From assembly GCA_030167865.1 (NCBI GenBank), contig JALAGF010000963.1, forward strand, positions 1 through 64,000: a DNA stretch of 64,000 nucleotides, given 5' to 3'. Under the pieces are notes generated by a model that saw only the letters and a list, made by a program, of their open reading frames with translations, ran no database searches and was not told the DNA's origin. Below, one piece after another: positions 1-9,198 of this stretch. The stretch's first letter is position 1. Each line of letters starts with the position of its first letter. Source of the DNA: Craspedostauros australis (lineage: Eukaryota). The translations under genes and the position numbers were made by a program.

Positions 1-63
1 CAATGTAATATCTCATAATATTAGCGAACAACATTGATTCACACACTACTCGTCTTATTGACA
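1..63 (+). repeat. 3' part of the 5' LTR (ends ...TTATTGACA)
   Basis: Identical to 5120-5182 and ends in the canonical CA. Confidence 0.95.
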
Positions 64-77
64 GTTGTTCGCTAATA
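64..77 (+). promoter_or_regulatory. Primer-binding site position; complementary to the element's own LTR (candidate self-priming PBS)
   Basis: GTTGTTCGCTAATA starts immediately after the LTR and is the exact reverse complement of TATTAGCGAACAAC at 19-32. It lacks the TGG start of a tRNA-3'-end PBS. Confidence 0.75.
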
Positions 78-131
78 GCCAACGTTTGAAAATCTCGGTC
101 ACCAAGACCAGCATCACCAAAAATCATCACC

Positions 132-1295
132 ATGGCCAACAGCCACGAGAAGATCCTCGCCACCTTTCCACAGGCAGTCGTCGAACCCATCGTCGGGGTA
201 CCCACATACGAGTCCATCGCAGAACTCAATGTAGTCCTCAACGCCAATGCGGCCTCAGTACACTGCCCACTCGGAAACGGCCAGCTTGGATACCTGGTCC
301 TCACCGTCTCCCGAGCGGTATACCAAGAACACTCGGCGACAGCATTCGTCATGCCGGTCAATCCAGGACCGCACCCGAACATCCCGAACGCAGCCACTGC
401 AGCCCAGATCAGCGCTGCCACCAGCATCCACAAGGAACAAGAGCGCCTGTGGCGAGAGTACCGCGCGGTCGACAATGCCCTCAAGCAGCAGCTTCTTGGC
501 GCCATTGAAGACCAATACGTGCGAACTCTCCGGCACAACATTGTCGGATACGCCAACGTCACGACACTCGAGCTTCTGACCCACCTGTACGATACGTACG
601 GCAAGATCTCTCCTCAAGACCTCGACGAAAACGACAAGGCCATGAAGGCACCGTACGATCCAGCGGCACCCTTCGAAGTCCTCGTCGCCCAAATCGAGTC
701 TGCGCGCGATCTTGCGGCCGCCGCCAAAGCGCCATACGCCGATCACCAGCTCGTCACCACGGCATACAACCTGGTGTTCCGAACCCAAGCGTTCCCCGAA
801 GCATGCCGTTCTTTCCGCGCTCTCAGTGCCGCCGACAAGACATGGACTCGCTTCAAGAAGGACTTCGCGGCGGCCCACCAAGACCTGCGCGAAACGCAAG
901 CCACGACGCAAGGCACCAACTTCCAAGGAGCCAATGCGGCAATCACCTCCGCAGAAACAGCGGACGCACTCGCCAACCTCGCATCGGCCACAGCCGCAGA
1001 TCGCAGCACCGTGGCACAGCTCACCAAGAGCAACGCCAACCTCGTCAAGTAACTGTCAGAGATCACAGCGATGGTGTCCCAACTGCGAGCCAACGCAGCC
1101 ACGAGCAGCGGATCCGGAGGCAAGAAGGGAGGGCGCAAGCACAAGCACAACTCCTACTGCTGGACCCACGGGTACAAGGTGGGCATCACGCACACCAGCG
1201 CCACCTACATGAACCCAGCTCCAGGACACCAGAAGGACGCCACTCGCAGCAACACCATGGGGGGATCCACCGAAGGCGCCCCGACGAACGCGTGA
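132..1295 (+). CDS. gag: Retrotransposon Gag, interrupted by an in-frame TAA at 1050-1052
   Basis: ORF 132-1052 continues in the same frame to TGA at 1293-1295. The continuation carries a basic stretch and a zinc-knuckle-like YCWTHG..H.SA.(Y)..PGH motif. Confidence 0.85.
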
Positions 1296-4200
1296 CAAGC
1301 GCGGCAGGATCACAGTAAGCAAGTAGCACTCTCTGTTACTACTTCACCATCCTGTGCTCCTGCCCTCGCCATAGTTGACTCTGGTTGCACTAGTCATTTC
1401 CTGCGACCTGAAGATCCATGCATTGGCCAAACAGCCGACGATAACCCGTTGGCGGTGTCGCTGCCCGACGGGTCCAGCATCCAATCTTCCCACCGAGCCA
1501 CAGTCAGCATTGCCAACGTACCGCAGCACGCTTGCACCGCACGAATTTTTCCGCAGCTTTCCAGCGCGGCGCTTGTGTCGGTGGGGCAACTGTGTGACCA
1601 CGGCATGACAGTCGACTTTGACCAAGAATCCGTGAGAATTCGAAAAAACGGAAACACGATTCACACCGGTTGTCGGCATCAAGTTGACGGCATGTATCGC
1701 ATCGACATCCAACCGCCGAAGCCCACATCGCCAAAAATGGCCAATCACATCCATCACACGTCAACCAAGACGGAGCTGGCCAAATATTACCACCAGTGCT
1801 GCTTCAGCCCCGCGGTATCCACGTTCACGGCAGCCATCAAGAAAGGATTCTTTTCGTCTTGGCCCGGACTGACCGAACAAATGGTGCGAAAGTTCCTTCC
1901 ACCCTCCACCGCTACTGCCGCTGGGCACCTCCGACAACAGTACCAGAACACGCAGTCCACACGCAATCACTGCAACCACGTCACCCAGTCCACCAAGAAT
2001 CCCACGGAACAACGCGAAATCTTCATGGATGTTTATCGGCCAACAGGTAAAATCTTCACCGATCAAACTGGGCGCTTCCCAGTGACGTCAAGCCGTGGAT
2101 ACCAGTACATCATGGTGTTGTACGATCACGACTCCAACGCAATTCTTTCGCGACCGATGCGCAGTCGGCACGCAACGGAACTCACGCGAGCGTGTGACGA
2201 ACTTTTGACGGTTCTCCTTCGAAGCGGAATGACACCGCGATTTCACCGACTCGACAACGAAGCGCCGAAAGAACTCAAGCACCTCATCGAAGCCAAAGGT
2301 ATCCAATACCAGCTTGTGCCGCCAGGCATTCACCGACGCAACGCAGCAGAGAGAGCCATCTCCACTTGGAAAGACCACTTCATCGCAGGACTAGCCACGG
2401 CCGACGAGACATTTCCGCTCCATCTGTGGTGCCAACTACTCCCACAGTGTGACATCACACTCAACCTGCTACGACCGTCACGTGTCAACCCGCACATCTC
2501 AGCACATCACGCGCTCCACGGCAACTTCGACTTCAACGCAACGCCAATGGCACCACCAGGAACGAAGGCAGTCATCCATGACAAACCCAACAAGCGCGCC
2601 ACATGGGCACCACACGGGTCCGCCGGATGGTACATCGCACCAGCACTCGAACACTACCGATGCTACAAGGTGTATTGCAACAAAACACGCAAAGTCCGCG
2701 TCACCGACACCATCGAGTTGATGCCGAGCAAATGCGCGATGCCCACGCCAACCAACGCAGAAATGGCCACCAAGGCGGCCGGCGACCTCGCCGCAGCGCT
2801 CACCAAACCCTGCGCGCCGCTGCAGTCAGTCGGTGACAAGCAGCTGGGAGCACTACAACAGCTCAGCGACATCTTCCAAACGGAGCTCCCAGCGACGCCC
2901 ACCGCACCACTTCCGAGGGTGCCCACAGCGCCACTTCCGAGGGTGCGCACAGAGCCACCTCCGAGGGTGCTCACCACAGCCAGCAGCGGCAACAAACAAA
3001 AACGCGTCACCTTCGCGACACCAACGCGCACACCTCCGAGGGTGCCCCAGGCGACACCACAGGTCACCGACGACGAAGCAGACTCAGAACCCGAATCAGA
3101 CACCGATGACGACGACGACGACGAAAGTACGCAAGCGCCAACCACAACAAGCAACATGACAGCACCGCGCACACGCCTACGCACAGGAACCATCCAACGA
3201 AAGCAATGGACGCGCGGAACCAACACGGCGAACGCGGTCATCGACGAGCGCACAGGCACGGCGTACGAGTACCGCCACCTCATCGCGGGCAAAGTCCACG
3301 GCCACACCCCACAGCAATGGTACACATCATTCGCGAACGAGATCGGACGTCTCGCGCAAGGCATCGGAACCCGCATCCCCGCGTCGGCGGCAACCAACAC
3401 CATCTTCTTCGTCCCAAGGTCGGCAGTACCACGAGATCGCACCATTACATACGGCCGCATCGTCTGCACCGTACGGCCACAAAAGGCAGAAACACATCGC
3501 ACACGCCTCACCGTCGGAGGCAATCTGATCGACTACCCGTTCGACGTCCACACGCCCACCGCAGAACTCACCACCGCAAAATGTTTGTTCAACAGCGTTG
3601 TATCCACCCCAGGAGCCAAGTTCATGACCATCGACATCAAGGATTTTTATCTGAACACCGAAATGGACAGATACGAATACATGCGCATGCCGATGGCAAT
3701 GCTGCCACCAGAGGTCATCGAACAGTACCAGCTACACAAGCTCGAGCACAAAGGCAACGTGTACGTCGAAGTACGCAAGGGAATGTACGGACTACCACAA
3801 GCAGGCAAAATTGCAAATGTGAAGCTCCAAAAACACCTCGCGAAATTCGGATACAGGCCAGTCCCACACACACCAGGATTGTGGAAGCACGACTGCAGAC
3901 CCATCACATTCACTCTCGTCGTCGACGATTTCGGAGTCAAATACGTGGGCAAAGAGCACGCACAGCATCTCATCGGAGCACTGCAAACAATATACAAGTG
4001 CACCATCGAGTGGGACGGAGATCTCTACTGCGGAGTCAGCCTCAAGTGGGACTACGACACAAGAAAAGTAGAGCTATCCATGCCAGGATACGTGAAAAAG
4101 GCACTTCACAAATTCCAACATCCGATCCCCACCAAACCACAGCATGCGCCAGCACCATGTGAAGCGCCAGTCTACGGCGCAAAAACACAGGAACCCAAAC

Positions 4201-5156
4201 TGGAAGACACCGCACCGGAGCTACCAGCAGAGGACATCATATGCATCCGGCAAATAGTAGGAACCCTACTATACTACGCGAGAGCCGTCGACCCAACCAT
4301 CCTTCCCGCAGTCAGCGACATCGCCACTCAACAAGCGCATGCCACGCACAACACAGCGAACCGGGTACGACAGCTACTCGACTACTGCGCCACGCACCCC
4401 AATGCGACCATCATGTACACCGCCAGCGACATGATACTACATGTCGACAGCGACGCATCCTACCTGAGCCTGCCAAAGGCCCGAAGCCGTGCCGGCGGAC
4501 ACATGTACCTCAGCAGCAGATCCCCAACCGACACCAAGGCGCCTGCAACACCACCTCCAAACAACGGTGCCATCCACACGGTCTGCAACAAAATACAGAA
4601 CGTCATGAGCTCGGCGGCCGAGGCCGAAGTGGGAGCACTCTACCTGAACTGCACAGCAGCTTCCGCCCTGCGCACCACGCTAGACGAACTGGGCCACGCC
4701 CAACCACCCACACCCATCAAAACAGACAATTCCACTGCATCCGGCATCGTCAACAACACCATGAAACAGCGGCGCACCAGAGCAATGGACATGCGCTTCT
4801 ACTGGGTGCGCGACCGAATCCAGCAAGGACAATTCATTGTCTACTGGGCCCCCGGAGCAGACAATCTCGCCGACTACTTCACGAAGCATCATCCGACGGC
4901 CCATCACAGAAAAATGAGAGAAGTATACCTCAAGCCTACCCCTGACAGCGGCAAATCAGCAAGACAGAGCATGTTGGGAGTTACGCGAGGGTGTATTGAT
5001 TCCAGTCCCGCACGTGACCCGACTGACCGACGTACGCAAAGTGCGCACCTCGCGCCCACTTTCCTCCTAGAGCAGATCAAGACACTAGCAGGAGCCAAGA
5101 CCGCAACTCCTCAGCTCAGCAATGTAATATCTCATAATATTAGCGAACAACATTGA
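1296..5156 (+). CDS. pol: Retrotransposon Pol (PR-IN-RT-RNase H), in frame with gag after the TGA
   Basis: The frame is open from 1296 (QARQDHSK...ALAIVDSGCTSHF) to TGA at 5154-5156, and all catalytic motifs are visible. The ORF runs about 165 nt into the 3' LTR. Confidence 0.93.
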   Translation, partial: QARQDHSKQVALSVTTSPSCAPALAIVDSGCTSHFLRPEDPCIGQTADDNPLAVSLPDGSSIQSSHRATVSIANVPQHACTARIFPQLSSAALVSVGQLCDHGMTVDFDQESVRIRKNGNTIHTGCRHQVDGMYRIDIQPPKPTSPKMANHIHHTSTKTELAKYYHQCCFSPAVSTFTAAIKKGFFSSWPGLTEQMVRKFLPPSTATAAGHLRQQYQNTQSTRNHCNHVTQSTKNPTEQREIFMDVYRPTGKIFTDQTGRFPVTSSRGYQYIMVLYDHDSNAILSRPMRSRHATELTRACDELLTVLLRSGMTPRFHRLDNEAPKELKHLIEAKGIQYQLVPPGIHRRNAAERAISTWKDHFIAGLATADETFPLHLWCQLLPQCDITLNLLRPSRVNPHISAHHALHGNFDFNATPMAPPGTKAVIHDKPNKRATWAPHGSAGWYIAPALEHYRCYKVYCNKTRKVRVTDTIELMPSKCAMPTPTNAEMATKAAGDLAAALTKPCAPLQSVGDKQLGALQQLSDIFQTELPATPTAPLPRVPTAPLPRVRTEPPPRVLTTASSGNKQKRVTFATPTRTPPRVPQATPQVTDDEADSEPESDTDDDDDDESTQAPTTTSNMTAPRTRLRTGTIQRKQWTRGTNTANAVIDERTGTAYEYRHLIAGKVHGHTPQQWYTSFANEIGRLAQGIGTRIPASAATNTIFFVPRSAVPRDRTITYGRIVCTVRPQKAETHRTRLTVGGNLIDYPFDVHTPTAELTTAKCLFNSVVSTPGAKFMTIDIKDFYLNTEMDRYEYMRMPMAMLPPEVIEQYQLHKLEHKGNVYVEVRKGMYGLPQAGKIANVKLQKHLAKFGYRPVPHTPGLWKHDCRPITFTLVVDDFGVKYVGKEHAQHLIGALQTIYKCTIEWDGDLYCGVSLKWDYDTRKVELSMPGYVKKALHKFQHPIPTKPQHAPAPCEAPVYGAKTQEPKLEDTAPELPAEDIICIRQIVGTLLYYARAVDPTILPAVSDIATQQAHATHNTANRVRQLLDYCATHPNATIMYTASDMILHVDSDASYLSLPKARSRAGGHMYLSSRSPTDTKAPATPPPNNGAIHTVCNKIQNVMSSAAEAEVGALYLNCTAASALRTTLDELGHAQPPTPIKTDNSTASGIVNNTMKQRRTRAMDMRFYWVRDRIQQGQFIVYWAPGADNLADYFTKHHPTAHHRKMREVYLKPTPDSGKSARQSMLGVTRGCIDSSPARDPTDRRTQSAHLAPTFLLEQIKTLAGAKTATPQLSNVISHNISEQH
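2898..2970 (+). repeat. 24-nt tandem repeat encoding PTAPLPRV-type units in the IN-RT linker
   Basis: Three CCAC(T/C)TCCGAGGGTG-containing units at 24-nt spacing, with a fourth partial copy near 3031-3045. Confidence 0.7.
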
Positions 5157-5182
5157 TTCACACACTACTCGTCTTATTGACA
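4992..5182 (+). repeat. 3' LTR (about 191 bp, TG...CA), preceded by a short purine-rich tract
   Basis: TGTATTG follows GCGAGGG at 4985-4991, and the 3' 63 nt match the window start. The 5' boundary is inferred from PPT-TG because the matching part of the 5' LTR lies outside the window. Confidence 0.8.
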
Positions 5183-6661
5183 GCGGCGATCTTCAGCGCA
5201 CTCCTCTGTGGTCTTTCGTTGCGTGCTTCCATACAGACTTTGAATGCAGCCGTGATCCAGATGCAGATTCAGTCCGTATCGAATGACGCTGCGAGTACAG
5301 AGGAGCTGGCAACGCAGACAATCGCACAGGAAGCTACCAATACCAGCATTCAGATACATACTCATGCTCATGCACATATGAATACACAGAAACAGGTGGA
5401 CTTGATCACTGCATCGCCATCATCAGAGATACATGCAACTGAACAGCCTACTGGTCCAATATGGGAAGTGCAACAGATCATGTCCTTTCCACAATTCATG
5501 ACAATGCAAGAGAACGATCCGCACTTTGCGGAGCCCATCAATTCCAACTGCAGTATCGATGACCCCAACGTACCCATCATCTACGAAACGACGGCTTTCG
5601 AAGCAAAATACCTCATGAAAAGCCTTGGAAAGCTCATTCATGGCGACCCGCTCCAAGTATCAAGCACGCCACGTCGCAGCGCAAAGCAAAAGCTCGAGCG
5701 GGTCGTGTGCGCAATCCCATCCGACAGCCAAATGTTACATTTCCCCCATTCTCTGCAACACATCCTTCAATGCTGGTCCTTGTGGAGCCGCTTCCCGGAG
5801 TCGGAACATGTCCTACTGCTCGGACCGCGGCTGAATAGATTCCTCGTCGCGAGCACCCACTTCAGTGCTGGTATATCTCGGATGATGAAGCTCAACAACG
5901 TTGTCTTCCATACCGAACACAGTGATCCCATTCGCTACAAAGAGAACTACGAATCGAATCTAACTCGTTTGCTCATCGTCCAATCGAAAGAGAATAAGTT
6001 CGGATACAAGATAGCCGCGACCAGCGACCTGCAAGACTTCAAGCAAAAGGTCTTGGCATCCGTCTCGATCCATCTCAACGAGACAGTGCACTGTTCCACA
6101 ACCGCTGGCGCACACGATCCAACGTCGCAACTGCCGCCGCGTCCATCCATGGACAACACAACATGGATTGATGCACCGCGCATCGCCATTCTCAATAGAC
6201 GAATGACCAGGCGTCTGCTGGATTCCACCACGATATCGTTGCAGCTGCAGCAACGACTGAGCCTCCCATACAAACCACCCGTCTTTTACTTTGAGACCAT
6301 GTCATTTGCAGAACAGATGGAAGCGCTCACAAACGTTGACATCCTAGTTTCGCCGCACGGCGCGCAGCTATCGGGGGTATTTGCGATGCCGAAATGCGGA
6401 TCGTTGATCGAAGTGTTTCCACACGGATATTACAAACCCAGATTCTTTGGCTCGCTGGCCAAGCTCGCCGGTCTGAACTACGCTTACATCTACCTCGGCG
6501 ATGACATGAGAACCACCATCCACGAGATGAGATTCTTCAAGAATCGTAAAAGAGATCGTGCACAGAATCTATGTACACCCATCGACCGGATCGTGGAAGC
6601 CGCTGTTGTCCAAATTGATCAATGGAGGCAGTGCTGCGGGTTCACGGCAGAGCGACAATGA
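5183..6661 (+). pseudogene. GT61-like (DUF563) glycosyltransferase, copy 1; N-terminus cut off by the retrotransposon insertion
   Basis: Carries DILVSPHGAQL and RIAILNR motifs. The first post-LTR codons AAIFSALLCGLS align to IAIGVSVLLCGLS about 10 aa into the paralog at 7085. No ATG precedes the anchor; the rest of the frame is intact. Confidence 0.75.
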
Positions 6662-7084
6662 CGATTGCAATGTAGAGATCTGCATAGAGTACTCTATTCG
6701 ACTCGTATTCGAATGCGATATTCTTCTGAATTGAAATTAGAAAGCGATACATGGTGATTAGAGAAGGGTAGAAAGAGCTCTGTAGAGAGAGGGAGGGAGA
6801 GAATTCTTGTGCGTCGAGCAATTGCAACACTGCGTTCCTCTCGAAGCTTGTCCTGTTCCAAGTGTTGAGTCCTCCACTCTACACAAGTACAAGTTAAACG
6901 GGAGTCAAACCCGTGACTGGACACTCCATCACAATTCTCACGTCATTCCGCCACCCAATGACACGAAGCGCAACATGGCGCCATCGCATCGTGATACCAT
7001 CCCATCCCATACCGAACTGCACAACCATCATAGGATCTTGAGTTCTTCCCCAGTCGCCATCAAACAGACAGTGCCATACGCACC

Positions 7085-8656
7085 ATGGAAGGTTCCACTA
7101 TTCGATTCAGGATCGCGATCGGCGTTTCTGTGCTGCTATGCGGACTGTCGTTGCATGTTTCCACGAAGGTTGTGGATGACACCATGAGATGGGCACAAGT
7201 TCGAGCCATCTCCGATGAACCTGTGGAGATCACACCAGTGCACATACCGGAGCCTGCGACGACGCAGACACAAGAACATGCGCAAATCCGTGTCCAAGAA
7301 CAGGCAACGGTGGCTTTGATTGCAGAATTGCCAACTCAAATGATGGCCGCAACTGAGCAACCGACCAGTGCAATGCTGGATGTACCAGTGCAGCAGATGA
7401 CTTCCTTCCCGCAATTCATGACGTTACAAGAGGAGGATCTGCAATTCGCGGATCCAAACGGCTCCAAATGCAACATCGCAGATCCGAACCTTCCCTCGAT
7501 CTACACCGCCACGGACTTTCAAATGGAACTGCCTCTGCGGAAACTGTTCGGTCGCGTCCATGGCAATTGGCAAATCAGTCCAACAATGCGAGAGACCAAC
7601 AGCAAGAACTCAACTGCCACAATCGCGTGTGCCATCCCACAAGATAGCAATCTGCTCCATTTCCCTCATGCTCTGCAGCACATCCTGAAATGTTGGTCAC
7701 TGTGGCAACGATTCCAGGGTGCCCAGCATGTCATGATCATGCGACCGCAACACCATAAATTCCTGGTCACGAGCTCGAGCTTCAACTCCGGCATTGCTCA
7801 CATGATGGAGCTCAACAACATCGTTTTCCACACCAATCGCAGCGACCCGGTGCGATACAAAGAGACATACACATCCGACCTGAGCCGGCTGTTCATCGCC
7901 AAGTCGAATGGCAACATGAATTCGTACAACATGTTGACGAAGGATGACCTGCAGGACTTCAAACATAAGGTCCTGGCGTCCATTCCCATCCGTCTCGATC
8001 AGACGGTGCAATGTTCAACATTGGAAACAACAGCAGCAACAGCAGCACCAACAGTATCCACATCCGTGCACACTCGCATGAATACAAGCGACCCGGTATC
8101 TCACGAAGCATCACATCCGTCAATCAACAACACAATACAGCTTGATGAACCACGCATCGCCATTCTCAATAGACGAGGGAGCCGGCGTCTTCTAAATTCC
8201 ACCGCGATATCGTTGCACCTCCAGCATCGGCTGAACCTCCCATACAAACCACCCGTGTTTTACTTCGAGACCATGTCATTTGCAGAACAGATGGAAGCGC
8301 TCACAAACGTTGACATCCTGCTATCGCCACATGGTGCGCAGCTGACTGGGATATTTGCGATGCCGCAATGCGGGTCGCTGATCGAAGTGTTTCCACACGG
8401 ATACTACAGGCCCAAGTTCTTTGGTTCATTGGCGAGTCTTTCCGGTCTCAATCATGCCTACGTCTATCTCGGCAACGATGCATCCGAGGCCATCACCACG
8501 ATGGGTTCCTTCCAGCATCGTGTCAGGGCGCGAGCCGAGAATCTGTGCGCGCCCATCGAACGCATCGTGGAGGCAGTGTTCACACAACTGAATCAGTGGC
8601 GACAGTGCTGCAGGTCCACGCAAGCGCAGCAACAACAGTATGGTAGCACCCTGTGA
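7085..8656 (+). CDS. GT61-like glycosyltransferase, copy 2 (type II membrane protein)
   Basis: 523-aa ORF with an N-terminal hydrophobic anchor, HFPHALQ, RIAILNRR, and DILLSPHGAQL..LIEVFP motifs. Confidence 0.85.
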   Translation: MEGSTIRFRIAIGVSVLLCGLSLHVSTKVVDDTMRWAQVRAISDEPVEITPVHIPEPATTQTQEHAQIRVQEQATVALIAELPTQMMAATEQPTSAMLDVPVQQMTSFPQFMTLQEEDLQFADPNGSKCNIADPNLPSIYTATDFQMELPLRKLFGRVHGNWQISPTMRETNSKNSTATIACAIPQDSNLLHFPHALQHILKCWSLWQRFQGAQHVMIMRPQHHKFLVTSSSFNSGIAHMMELNNIVFHTNRSDPVRYKETYTSDLSRLFIAKSNGNMNSYNMLTKDDLQDFKHKVLASIPIRLDQTVQCSTLETTAATAAPTVSTSVHTRMNTSDPVSHEASHPSINNTIQLDEPRIAILNRRGSRRLLNSTAISLHLQHRLNLPYKPPVFYFETMSFAEQMEALTNVDILLSPHGAQLTGIFAMPQCGSLIEVFPHGYYRPKFFGSLASLSGLNHAYVYLGNDASEAITTMGSFQHRVRARAENLCAPIERIVEAVFTQLNQWRQCCRSTQAQQQQYGSTL

Positions 8657-9198
8657 CCACGAGCAGAGAGAGCTGAATTCCAAATGCCAATGCAGTCACG
8701 AGTGTAGACTACATTCGTGACTCACGATCGTGTCTTTGAATTCGAACCGTTGAATAAAAAACTCCCGCCATCGAAAGAGGAACAATGATGATGCGTTGGA
8801 AGGTGGTTTGATCGTTTCCATCATTTCCGTCACAACAAACATCCAAAAGCATTCCAACATCATCGTTGTCGCCTTTGTGATTGTTGGTGATCAGAGTTGA
8901 TGATCATGCATCCCTGCTGATCCCTTTCCAGTTGCCCAACCCATCGCTGACGCCCCGCACGACTATACAAAGTCCATCGTACATAGTACATACCATACAC
9001 GCTCGCGTCCGTGAGCCTGAGAAAGGAGCGACGCCACTCATCAGGAAGAAACGAACGAGCTCGGACTTTGCACCCTTGGAGTGCTCTCTAGCTTGTCTTG
9101 CCTTCTTTCCATGCGTTACGGACGTGCAGGAAGGTGCTCCCTCGATCATACAAGTGCCAGTCCACAATATCAAGCTGGAACGCCATCCAGGCGGCACC

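Larger units (their letters stand above)
1..5182 (+). mobile_element. Ty1/copia LTR retrotransposon (CoDi-like); 5' LTR truncated by the window edge
   Basis: Direct repeats 1-63 and 5120-5182 are identical. Internal domain order is gag, protease (AIVDSGCTSHF), integrase (FTDQTG..RLDNE..NAAERAI), RT (KGMYGLPQAG, LVVDDFG), RNase H (VDSDAS, EAE, TDN, ADYFTK). Integrase before RT is the copia order. Confidence 0.97.

Noticed and set aside
64-83. tRNA-Ile-like GGCTATTAGC in the reverse complement of the PBS region
   Set aside because: It resembles a tRNA 5' end rather than a priming 3' end and diverges right after. The 14/14 match to the LTR explains the site better, though a formal tRNA search is still needed.
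1449-1451. ORF-track start of pol at TTG 1449
   Set aside because: The frame is open from 1296 and the protease catalytic motif lies upstream of 1449.
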